Source: Candidatus Saccharimonadota bacterium (GTDB taxonomy: Bacteria > Bacillota_I > Bacilli_A > Mycoplasmatales > Hepatoplasmataceae). From it: a stretch of 32,000 nt of DNA. Position 1 is the stretch's first letter. Each line of letters opens with the position of its first letter. The stretch is from assembly GCA_027925225.1 (NCBI GenBank), contig AP027131.1:360001-392000 (forward strand), in the 5' to 3' direction. The translations under genes and the position numbers were made by a program. This document shows positions 22,401 to 30,677 of the stretch, piece after piece. The notes beneath the pieces are model-generated. The model saw only the letters and a list, made by a program, of their open reading frames with translations. It was not told the origin of the DNA and searched no databases.

Positions 22401-24278
22401 AGTAATTGTTTCTCCGTCTAAAATTAATTGTGGATAGTCAATAATTCCACTTGTAATATCTTCTATATTTGAAGCATTTGTCTCAATATTGATTTTATTT
22501 GCTTCATTTATTATTTGTTGAGTATTTCCACCCTCTAATGTAGAACTAACAGCAGTAATGTCTGATGTTGAAGAGGCTCCGCCTTCTCCGTCTGAAGGTC
22601 AAGAAGTAATTGTTTCTCCATTTAAAGTTATTTCCGTAAAAGCAATATCTCCACTTATAATATCTGATATATTTGAGGTATTAGAAGCAATATTTGAGGT
22701 ATTTGTTGTTATATTTACTTTATTTGTTTGATTTATTAATTGCTGATTTTCTCCACCCTCTAGGGTAGAATTTACAGCAGTAATGTCTGATGTTAAAGAA
22801 GCTCCTCCTTCTCCACCTGAAGGTCAGGTTTCTATTGTTTCTCCATTTAAGGTAATTGATGTAAATTCTAAATTTCCACTTGTGATATCTGCTATATCAT
22901 CTGTGTTTGTATCAATTGCAGTTTTCCAAGGATTTATTCCAAAGGTTGGATTTGAAATACTATCATCTTCTGTTGAAGAAGAAACAGAATTTGTTGTAAT
23001 TGTTCCATCCATTATTCCTGTTATATTATTTAAATTTGTATCAATTTGAGTTTTTCAAGGATTTATTCCATTTGTTGGATTTGCACCACTGTCATCTGCT
23101 ATGCCCGAAGATGTTGATGCTCCCTCACCCGAAGGTCAAGTATCTATTGTTTCTCCATTTAAGGTAATTGATGTAAATTCTAAATTTCCACTTGTGATAT
23201 CTGCTATATCATCTGTGTTTGTATCAATTGCAGTTTTTCAAGGATTTATTCCTTCGGTTGGATTTTCTTCATTATCATCTGCTATGCCCGAAGATGTTGA
23301 TGCTCCGTCACCCGAAGGTCATTCTGTTATTGTATCTCCACTTAATGTTAATTTTGGGTAATTAAAATCACCTCTTGTAATATTTGCTATATCATCTGTG
23401 TTTGTATCAATTGCAGTTTTTCAAGGATTTATTCCAAAGGTTGGATTTTCTTCGCTATCATCTTCTGTTGAGGAAGAAACAGAATTTGTTGGAATTGTTC
23501 CATCTATTATTCCCAATATATCATCTACGTTTTTATCAATTGCAGTTTTTCAAGGATTTATTCCTTCGGTTGGATTTTCTTCACTATCATCAGTTGCAGT
23601 TGAAGAAAAAACATTTATTGGAATTGTTCCGTCTATTATTCCCGATATATCATCTGCATTTTCATCAATTTGAGTTTTTCAAGGATTTATTCCATTTGTT
23701 GGATTTGTATCATTATCATCTCTTATTTGTGAAGCACTTGAAGCTCCGCTACCTGAAGGTCAGGTACTTATTGACTCTCCATTTAAAGTAAGTTGTGGAT
23801 AGTCAAAGGTTCCCTCTTTTATTGGTTCAAAATCAGTATTTAATTTATAGCTAGTAATTACATGTGAATCTTCTGTTGCAATAAATGGTGAATTAACACG
23901 ATTTTCAAAAGTAATTGCCGAAATACCACTTAGAGAAACATTAAGTCTAATATTTTTATTTGTGCTTTCATCTTTTGCTGCTATTAAAGGAGATGCATCA
24001 GATCCATAAGTAAAAAATCCAGATCTATTAAGGTCTGTATTTTTTAAAGTTTTATCTAATTTTGCATCTAAAATATTATTTGCAGACAAAGTAAGAGAAT
24101 CATAATTTAATACATTTTTATTTAATTCAAAATCCATTGGATTAAAAATCAAATTCTCTTTTTTATTTTTTGTATCCTGGATTTTTGCTTTTTTATTTAT
24201 TAAATTTTTATAATAAATAGATTTATTTAAATTATTATTTTTATTATTTTCTTTTTGATCTATATTTTTAGATTTCAT
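10425..24278 (-). CDS. Giant repeat protein, paralog C (4617 aa with TGA=Trp). It has a short unique N-terminal domain, about 13 kb of nested in-frame tandem repeats, and a coiled-coil/tail-fibre-like C-terminal tip.
   Basis: I split every line from 24278 down to 10425 into codons in the frame whose plus-strand triplets start at 0 mod 3. No TAA/TAG occurs until the TAA at 10425-10427, and there are dozens of in-frame TGA at conserved motif positions. Track ORFs 23760..24278, 22824..23012, 19152..19598 and 10527..10733 are all in this frame. The ATG at 24276-24278 is preceded by ACGAGGT, with an in-frame upstream TAA at 24297-24299. Confidence 0.88.
10890..11580 (-). repeat. 327-bp (109-aa) tandem duplication, near-identical.
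   Basis: The conserved 'NSW' TGA codons at 10926 and 11253 are 327 bp apart. Lines 10921-11240 and 11245-11570 match almost base for base. Confidence 0.8.
12840..15330 (-). repeat. 618-bp (206-aa) tandem repeat of about 4 copies. Each unit is two 183-bp GINPW/..SWPSG units plus one ~252-bp 'KLYVDN' module.
   Basis: The anchor (g/a)ttttgactaacttcagcac occurs at 13203, 13821, 14439 and 15057, spaced exactly 618 bp. Copies differ by only a few bases per 100. A more diverged extra KLYVDN module lies at 12090-12360. Confidence 0.9.
15330..16000 (-). repeat. 183-bp (61-aa) tandem repeat of about 4 copies (GINPWKTTID...GDFDFPQLSLNGEIITSWPSGDGASASS).
   Basis: The conserved TGA of 'TSWPSG' occurs at 15411, 15594, 15777 and 15960, spaced exactly 183 bp. 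Confidence 0.9.
15960..16900 (-). repeat. 312-bp (104-aa) tandem repeat of 3 copies, each a 183-bp unit plus an extra 129-bp GINPW unit.
   Basis: The conserved TGA occurs at 15960, 16272, 16584 and 16896, spaced exactly 312 bp. The track's plus-strand ORFs 16039, 16351 and 16663 mirror this period. Confidence 0.9.
17079..18490 (-). repeat. Variable-length tandem units of 183, 204 or 225 bp (GGSDQEAINRANKTSIEDNTSDI..GDIQ.GNIDFPKLTLGGDTITEWPSGGSGGTLYTSDILATSSS).
   Basis: The 'TEWPS' Trp codon occurs at 17079, 17262, 17466, 17691, 17895, 18078, 18303 and 18486. The successive spacings are 183, 204, 225, 204, 183, 225 and 183, so they differ by multiples of 21 bp. Two of these Trp codons are TGG (cca at 18078 and 18303) and the rest are TGA. 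Confidence 0.88.
18490..22900 (-). repeat. Array of roughly 200-240-bp units (STLEGG.NQQ.IN..NK..I..N.S.I..I.SG.L.FTSI.LNGETI.[TS]WPSGG...). It is intermixed with GINPW units near 20100-21400.
   Basis: This comes from reading the minus-frame translation. Recurrent plus-strand strings include ccaccttctaatgtagaactaacagcagtaa and gaaggtca(a/t/g). Units are more diverged than in the 12.8-17 kb arrays. Confidence 0.75.
22015..22080 (-). repeat. 21-bp (7-aa) perfect micro-tandem repeat nested inside a larger unit (SNTSNIA x about 3).
   Basis: gaagtattagaagcaatattt occurs at 22021-22041 and again at 22042-22062, followed by a partial third copy. Confidence 0.85.
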
Positions 24279-24418
24279 TATACCTCGTTTATTTTTTTAT
24301 TTACTATATTTAAAAGTTAATTAAAAATAGGAAATTATTTAAAAAACACTTTATAATAACTTCTTTAATGAATAATAGATTAATTAATAACAGAAAAACA
24401 TTTTGATTGTTTAAAGAC

Positions 24419-24445
24419 TTATTAAATCTTGATAAGATTTAATAA
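24419..24445. promoter_or_regulatory. Perfect 12-bp inverted repeat with a 3-nt spacer in the divergent intergenic region.
   Basis: ttattaaatctt (24419-24430), gat, aagatttaataa (24434-24445). It lies 141 nt upstream of the paralog C ATG and 282 nt upstream of the 24727 ATG. No gene ends here, so it is not a terminator. Confidence 0.35.
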
Positions 24446-24462
24446 ATTAATAAATTTTATTA

Positions 24463-24600
24463 AATTTACTAATATATTTTTTTGAGTTTGTAATTTTATT
24501 TATTTTATACTTTATTTTATTTTGCTTGATTAAATTCAAAACTTAATCAAACTAATTTTAATATTTATTATATTAAAAAAAAATATTTTAATATTTTTTT
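24463..24600 (-). promoter_or_regulatory. Diverged third copy of the family's upstream block (upstream of paralog C).
   Basis: It shares aaattTACtaatatattttt, ttgattaaattc, aatcaaactaattttaat and tattatattaaa in the same order as copies 1 and 2. Identity is clearly lower and the offset from the ATG is 185 nt. Confidence 0.35.
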
Positions 24601-24666
24601 AAAATAAAAATTAAAGTGTAAAATTAAAAAAAGAAAAATTAAATAAAAAATTTAATATAAAAATGA

Positions 24667-24699
24667 TTTTTTTTTAAAAAAAAAAAATTATGATAAAAT
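24667..24699 (+). promoter_or_regulatory. Candidate promoter of the 24727 gene. A T9-A12 homopolymer pair is followed 3 nt later by an extended -10 (TGaTAAAAT).
   Basis: T run at 24667-24675, A run at 24676-24687, TG at 24691-24692 and TAAAAT at 24694-24699. The ATG is 27 nt downstream. The homopolymers occupy the -35/spacer position. Confidence 0.5.
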
Positions 24700-24726
24700 A
24701 ATTCTATAAACACTTTAAAAACTAAT

Positions 24727-26232
24727 ATGAAGAAATATTTTTTACTTATTTTAATTACACCAATTTTATTTACGACAGGTTTAAAACAAGGAATTAAAAA
24801 TAATTCTATTGATTTTAAAAATCTAGAAGCCACATCAAACCCATATCTTAAAGATGATGGAACAGCTGTGGAAATAATAGATGAACAAGCAACAGATACA
24901 ACGGCTCAATTTGAATTATGAGTATCAGATAATGAAAATAATGATTTTTATTATAATAGCTTAGTTGCAAATGATGATGAAATTGAAATAACAATTATAG
25001 ATGAAACTGATTCAGATAATTCTATTGATACAACTGCAATTTGTACTTCTGATGTAGGTGCTCCACTTGCATATTATATGTTTGAAATAGATAATTTAGA
25101 AACAAGTCATACATATGAATTATATTCGCTTAATAATACTGGACTTGCTGTTGGAAGTGCAAGCGACGAGCTTGATGATGAAATTATTCTTGCAGATGAT
25201 TTAAATATTACAGATAATAAATTTACGCCAGGCGGAGATCCAATTACTAATGATAATCCTTATATAGAAGATGGGGGATTTGAAATTACTGAAACAGCAA
25301 TAAGTTCAGTTCAATTTCAAATTACTGTAACAAATAACGAAGCAGAAGATTTTGATGAAACAAAATCACTTGATGTAACAATAAATGATTCAGAAGAAGA
25401 TTCACACAATACAACTGCAACTTATGTTTCAACAAGTGGTTCAAATAAATATACTTATGAAATGACAGAGTTAGATGATAGTAGCAATACAGCATTCACA
25501 TCAGGAGAATCTTATGAAATTTATTCTCTAAATGATACTGGGCTTGCGGTTATTAGTGGAGATTCAGAAATAGATAATGAAATTCTTATTAATGAAGATT
25601 TAGGTGTGGATGCATCTTTTACAGCTACTGATGAAAATAGCGGAGATACTGAATTACCTTACATAGTTACACCAAATGGATTTGAAATTGTTGAAACAAC
25701 AACAAGTTCTGTTCAATTCCAAATTAATGTAATAAATAATGATGATAATGATTTTAATGAAAGAAATTCAATTGCTGTTACAATAAAAGATTCACACGGT
25801 GGTTCTTATGATTCAACTGCATCTTATGTAAGCACAGGCGATCAAAATGACACTTATATTTATGAAATAACAGAACTCGATGATGAAAATGGTATAGCAT
25901 TTACAGCTGATGAATCTTATGAAATTTATTCTCTAAATGATACTGGACTTGCTGTTGGTAGCAGCGATTCAGAAATAGATAATGAAATTCTTGTTAATGC
26001 AGAATTAGGAGTTAATGGATCTTTTACAACAATAGATGAAAATGATAGTGATGGTGGTAATGGTATTGGTGAATGATGATTATTAGCATTTATAATATTT
26101 CTTATAATAATGGTTACTTTAGGAATATTTCTTTTATTACAAATATTAGATGATAGAAGATGAAAAAAAGATTTTGAAGAAATTGAAGAAGAAATTCATA
26201 ATAGTTCTAATCATCAAAGTAGTAATCATTAA
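24727..26232 (+). CDS. Signal-peptide, C-terminally TM-anchored surface protein with three ~135-aa 'NPYIE' modules (501 aa).
   Basis: Track ORFs 24727..24921 and 25078..26076 are in the same frame. They are joined through an in-frame TGA (24919-24921) and a checked stop-free stretch. The frame continues through TGA TGA (26074-26079) and TGA (26161-26163) to the TAA at 26230-26232. The N-terminus is MKKYFLLILITPILFTTG. The C-terminus is WWLLAFIIFLIIMVTLGIFLLLQIL followed by the charged tail DDRRWKKDFEEIEEEIHNSSNHQSSNH. Confidence 0.88.
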
Positions 26233-26270
26233 TAAAAAAACAAATTTAAATTAATTAATAAAATAAATCA

Positions 26271-26303
26271 TATAAAAGCTTAAATGTAATTTAAACTTTT
26301 ATA
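26271..26303 (+). terminator. Possible rho-independent terminator after the 24727..26232 gene.
   Basis: tataaaagcttaaat (26271-26285) and atttaaacttttata (26289-26303) form a ~15-bp A/T-rich stem with one mismatch and loop gta. It is followed by ttttat. Confidence 0.4.
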
Positions 26304-26359
26304 TTTTATATTATTAAAAAATAGTGGTTTATAATTTTTTAAAGGAGAACAATTATAAA

Positions 26360-27277
26360 ATGAAACAAGAAAAAACCAATGTTTTAAATGAATCAAAAAT
26401 AATAGAAAATAATAATATCATCGAGGAAGAAAAATCAACAATAATTGAAGATTTTAAAAAAGCCGAAACTGAAATTGAATTAAATCAAAGAGATATTAAA
26501 TTTGTAAATGAAAATTTATTAAATTTATTAAATATAAACCCCAAAAATGAAAAAAATATTCTAATAATGATAAAACTTTTAAATGAAAAAAAAGCAAATA
26601 GCGAAAAGATTGAAAGACTTAAAATTTTAAAAGAAAGAAAAGAAAGAAACATAGAAAGAATAAGAAGAACACTTGCTTCTATAAAAGAAAATAAAGATAA
26701 ATTAATTACAGATTATACAGATGAACTTAAAGAAATAGTAGAAGACATTAGAAAAACAATCGAAAATACACATAGTACAATTATTAAAAACAATAAAGAT
26801 TTATCAATACATGTAGAAAAAGCATTAAAACCACGTTTTTCCATAGCTTCATTTTTTAAACTTAAATTTACAAAAGAAGAAAGTAATGAAATTAAAAAAA
26901 GTATTGAAGAATGATTAGAAACAAAAAGAGATGAAATTAATAAATTTGTTGAATTAGTTTCAAAAGTAAAAGAAGATTTTAGTGAATTTAAAGAAAAAGT
27001 AAAAACTTTTAAAATGCCTAAAATAGATTATAAAATTTATGATAGCTTAAAAGAAGACAGAAATGAGAATATAATTGATAAATCTAAATTAAATATAGAT
27101 GTATCTCGTATTGATATTGAAATTGCTGAATATAGTAAGAGAAATGAAAAAATAAATTTAGAAATGAAAAAATTAAAAGATAAATATTTAATGCACGAAA
27201 AAGAAAAGTGAATAAATGAATTAAAAAGCGCTACTAGAAAAATTTAAAATAAAACTTAATTGTTGTTTTTTTATGTA
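26360..27277 (+). CDS. Lys/Glu-rich predicted coiled-coil protein with no TM segment (305 aa).
   Basis: The ATG at 26360 lies 12 nt after AAAGGAG (26341-26347), so I prefer it to the track's GTG at 26324. Track ORFs 26324..26914 and 27014..27211 are in the same frame and joined by TGA codons at 26912 and 27209. Hand translation runs to the TAA at 27275-27277, ending ...KEKWINELKSATRKFKIKLNCCFFM. Confidence 0.8.
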
Positions 27278-27286
27278 ATTTACAAA

Positions 27287-27295
27287 ATGTTATAA
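27287..27295 (+). promoter_or_regulatory. Extended -10 element (TGtTATAAT) upstream of the 27340 gene.
   Basis: TG at 27287-27288 and TATAAT at 27290-27295, which is 44 nt upstream of the ATG at 27340. Confidence 0.5.
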
Positions 27296-27339
27296 TTTTA
27301 GTGTTTAAAATTTAGTTTTAAATTTTATGATAACACACA

Positions 27340-30300
27340 ATGAAAATTAAAAATAAACTCTTTATTGTATCTTTTATCTTGTTTTTACCATTTTTACAAA
27401 TAAAATTCTTTGGTTTTGAAACATTTTCAAAAAAAAATATTTTACCAAGAAATAATCCTTATATTGAAAATAAAGATGATAGTTTTACTATTATAGAAAA
27501 TTCAGAAGGAATAAATGATGTTATTTTTGAGATAAATATTGTAGACAATACAAATCAGGATTTTCTAAATGATGTTCTTTATTATGAAGAAAATGAAAAT
27601 TGATATAGTAATTTTAATGTTTCTTATTATACAACATGGAACAACAAAATAACAGAAAATTATTTTGTTGTTCCATTATTAAATCAAAGCGATATTCAAA
27701 ATGGAATCTATAGATTTTCAATTGAAAATATTAAAAATAATAATTTGGGCAACAAAATTTATATTAATTCACTAATTAATTTTAATCTTGCAATTGATAA
27801 TAGTACAAACAAAATAAAAAATGAAATTAATCTAACTTGAAGATTCAAAAATAATACAATTCATATTCCAATTGATAATAGATCATTTGTTTTAGAAAAT
27901 TCAGAAACAAGTTATTATTCTACAATTGATATTTATGAAGAAAATCAAAATATTTTTAAAATAATTGAAACAACTCCAAACTCAGTTACTTTTACATTAA
28001 AAATAAATAATAATTCTTATCCCAAAAATCAAATAGAAGTTTCTCTTAAAGATTTAAATGAACAAAATAAAAATTATGCAACAAAATCTTATTCAGCAAA
28101 CCTAATAAATTCAGACAAAGTAAATAATATATATACATATAATATATCTGGACTTACTTCAGAAGAATATCAATTTATATCTTTAAATAATACAAAATTA
28201 ACATTAAGTAATTCAAAAAATTATAATCCAGATAATAATATTTTTTTTGAAGAAGAAATTAAAATTCCAAGTGAAAAACTAATATTTGAAACAAATGAAA
28301 ATAACCCATATATTATAGAAAATAGTTTTGAAATTTTGCAAAATACAGCAACAATTTCATCAATTGAATTTACTATTAAAATTGTTGATAATGTTAATAA
28401 TGATTTTTATAATAAATTAATAAATAATAATAAATCTATTAATATAAGCATTAATGATGGGCACGAAAATATTGAAACAAAAGCAAATTGAATAGGCTCA
28501 GAAAAACCAAATGATGGTATTTATACTTTTAAATTAGATGGATTAAAAGAAAATACAAATTACATAATTATTTCATTAAATAATACAGGCCTTGCTATTT
28601 CAGATGCTTCAAATGAAATAGATAATACAATTTTAATCGGTGAAGAATTAAATGAACAAAATATTTTTTCTACACTTGAAAGTAATCCTTATATAAATAA
28701 AAATAATGGTTTTGAAATATTTGAGGTAACAGGAAATTCAGTGGAGTTTAAAATTAATGTCATAAATAACTATGATAATGATTTTGATCCTGGCAAAAAT
28801 ATAAATGTAACAATAAAAGATTCAAATAACAATACATATCAAACAACATCTACTTATGTTGAAGAAAAAAGCTCTGGAGATAATTATGTTTACGAAATAA
28901 CTGAACTTGAATCGGGAGTTTCTTTAAAACCAGAAAGTAATTATGAAATTATTTCTTTAAATAATACTGGTCTTGCTGTTGGAAGCAATGAAGAAATATC
29001 AGATGATGAAATTCTAATAGAAGATGAGTTAAATTGTAAGGGAAGTTTTAAAACACTAGAAAATAATCCTTATATTGAAAAAACAGATGGTTTTGAAATA
29101 TTAGATGTAAATAATTCTTCTGTTATTTTTGAAATAAAAGTAATAAATAATAATGAAGAAGACTTTGACCCTTTTCAACCTTTAAATTTAACATTAAAAG
29201 ATTCAAATAGCAATATTTATAAAACAACCGGAACATATATAAATCTAGAAAATGCAACTAATAATTATGTTTATGAACTTAATGAAATTGAAGAAGGAGT
29301 TCCTTTAAGTCCAAGTAATTCTTATGAAATTTATTCTTTAAATGATACTGGTCTTGCTGTTGGAGGCAATCAAGAAGCAATAGATAATGAAATTGAAATA
29401 GTTAACGAATTGGGAGAAAATGGTAATTTTATAACAGAAAATGGTAATCCTTATATTGAAGAAGACAATGGTTTTTTAATTACAGATATAACTGAAAATT
29501 CAGTTAAATTTCAAATAAATGTAGTAAATGATGATTCGTTAAGTTTTGATCCAAAAAACCCATTAAATGTAACAATAAAAAATGAAGAAAAGACATATGA
29601 AACTTCAGCAAATTATCTTTCAGAAGAAAGTTCTGGCAATAATTACATTTATGAGATAACTGAACTCGAAGAAGGAATACCACTAAATTATTTAACAAAT
29701 TATGAAATTATTTCCCTTAATAATACAGGACTTTCTGTTGGAAATAATATTTCTGAAATAGATGACCAAATCTTTATTAAAGATGAATTAAATTGTATAG
29801 GTGATTTTACAACTACTGAACAAATTCCTTATATAACAGAAAATGGATTTAAAGTTGATTCAGAAAATGTAGAAAAAGACAAAATAGAATTTACAATAAA
29901 CATAATTAATTGGAATGAAGAAAATATTACTTATGAAGAAGATTTATCTATAAAAATGATAAATACTTCAAATATTGAATCATCTTTTTATTCTCTTGGT
30001 AGTGTGGGAGATATATATAATGCAAACTTTATTTCAAAAAATGGTAATTATTATACATATGAAATAAATAATTTAAATAAAAAAACTAATTATCAAATCT
30101 ATTCAATTATAGATCCGCCTTTTGTTGCATTAACTCCAGATGCTGATCCAACAGATGAAATTTTGATTTCAAGTATAGATAATAACCAGGAAGATTTTAT
30201 GTTTGCTACAGAAAAAGGAAATATACTAATTTATACACTTTTATTTTTTATAATATTAATAGTTTTATTATTATTTATTATTTCAATGAACATTTATACA

Positions 30301-30375
30301 AAATATAAAAAAAAATTAGAAATTAAGAAATTAAATAAAATTGAAAAAGATTTTAGTGAAGAATCTAATTTTTAA
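27340..30375 (+). CDS. Signal-peptide, C-terminally TM-anchored surface protein with about 7-8 'NPYIE' modules (1011 aa). It is a paralog of 24727..26232.
   Basis: I hand-translated 27604-28740 and found no TAA/TAG, with TGA at 27601, 27838 and 28489. This joins track ORFs 27340..27603 and 28741..30375 in the same frame. The N-terminus is MKIKNKLFIVSFILFLPFLQIKFF. The C-terminus is ILIYTLLFFIILIVLLLFIISMNIY followed by a Lys-rich tail. The recurrent module is NPYIE..GFEI....SV.F.I.V.NN..DFD....L.VT.KDS...Y.T..TY.....NY.YE..E......YEI.SLN.TGLAVG. Confidence 0.88.
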
Positions 30376-30415
30376 TTTTATTATTATTATTTTCTAAATA
30401 AAATAAAAAAAATCT

Positions 30416-30444
30416 TTTACATACATAATGCATTTATATATAAT
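30416..30444 (+). promoter_or_regulatory. Promoter of the 5S rRNA gene (TTTACA, 17-nt spacer, TATAAT).
   Basis: TTTACA at 30416-30421, an exactly 17-nt spacer, and TATAAT at 30439-30444. The mature 5-prime end at 30451 is 7 nt downstream. Confidence 0.75.
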
Positions 30445-30450
30445 AATTAT

Positions 30451-30555
30451 GTTGGTGAAGATAACACTAAGGTAACACCTGATTCCATACCGAACTCAGA
30501 AGTGAAGATTAGTCGTGCCGAAGGTAGTATAATGCAAGAATAGGTAATTGCCAAC
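30451..30555 (+). rRNA. rrf: 5S ribosomal RNA (about 105 nt).
   Basis: The 5-prime GUUGGUG pairs with the 3-prime UGCCAAC to form helix I. The sequence contains the conserved CCAUACCGAACUCAGAAGUGAAG core and is followed by a terminator. The ends are good to within a few nt. Confidence 0.9.
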
Positions 30556-30582
30556 TAAATATCATTGTTTTACATTGACCAG

Positions 30583-30612
30583 ACCTACATATTTTAGTAT
30601 GTAGGTTTTTTT
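30583..30612 (+). terminator. Rho-independent terminator of the 5S rRNA gene.
   Basis: acctacata (30583-30591) pairs perfectly with tatgtaggt (30598-30606) with loop ttttag. A T7 run ends at 30612. Confidence 0.85.
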
Positions 30613-30677
30613 ATATCTATTAATTTTTTCTATTCTTCTTAAAAACATATAATTTTAGAAATACACAAAGAATAACT

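Noticed and set aside
10740-23760. A CRISPR array, suggested by the very regular direct repeats.
   Set aside because: The exact periods I measured are multiples of 3 and lie inside an open reading frame. The 'spacers' are themselves repeated and homologous. There are no short palindromic repeat/unique spacer alternations and no cas genes.
12773-23791. Long plus-strand ORFs across the repeat region (for example 16039..16308, 16351..16620, 16663..16932, 20104..20496, 21010..21684, 22783..23049, 23101..23361, 23398..23673). They encode hydrophobic Ser/Val/Phe/Ile-rich peptides.
   Set aside because: They are antisense shadows of the 4617-aa gene. Their frame shares its wobble position with the minus-strand frame, so it stays open wherever the sense strand avoids TTA/CTA/TCA codons. 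It simply mirrors the 312-bp and other periods. That plus frame is broken by true stops, for example TAG at 19882-19884 and 20494-20496 and TAA at 15256-15258. Only the minus frame is open end to end, with an ATG, a GAGG-type RBS and unique N- and C-terminal domains.
1-24278. Reading the many short minus-strand ORFs in the track as a cluster of small paralogous genes or pseudogene fragments.
   Set aside because: All fragments of each gene lie in one frame and are separated only by TGA. The TGA sites sit at conserved motif positions and alternate with TGG. No TAA/TAG interrupts the frames, so they are single genes under table 4.
24639-24833. Minus-strand 64-aa ORF spanning the promoter and start of the 24727 gene.
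   Set aside because: It runs through homopolymer A/T tracts in an intergenic region and overlaps the well-supported signal peptide of the plus-strand gene. Its sequence is low-complexity Phe/Lys/Ile-rich and it has no RBS.
26324-26359. GTG at 26324 as the start of the coiled-coil protein gene, as in the ORF track.
   Set aside because: The ATG at 26360 is preceded by AAAGGAG at a 12-nt spacing, and that RBS would lie inside the GTG-started ORF. The ATG start is more plausible, though not proven.
29504-29698. Minus-strand 64-aa ORF inside 27340..30375.
   Set aside because: It is antisense to a well-supported repeat-module CDS. It has no conservation across the paralogous modules and no start context.
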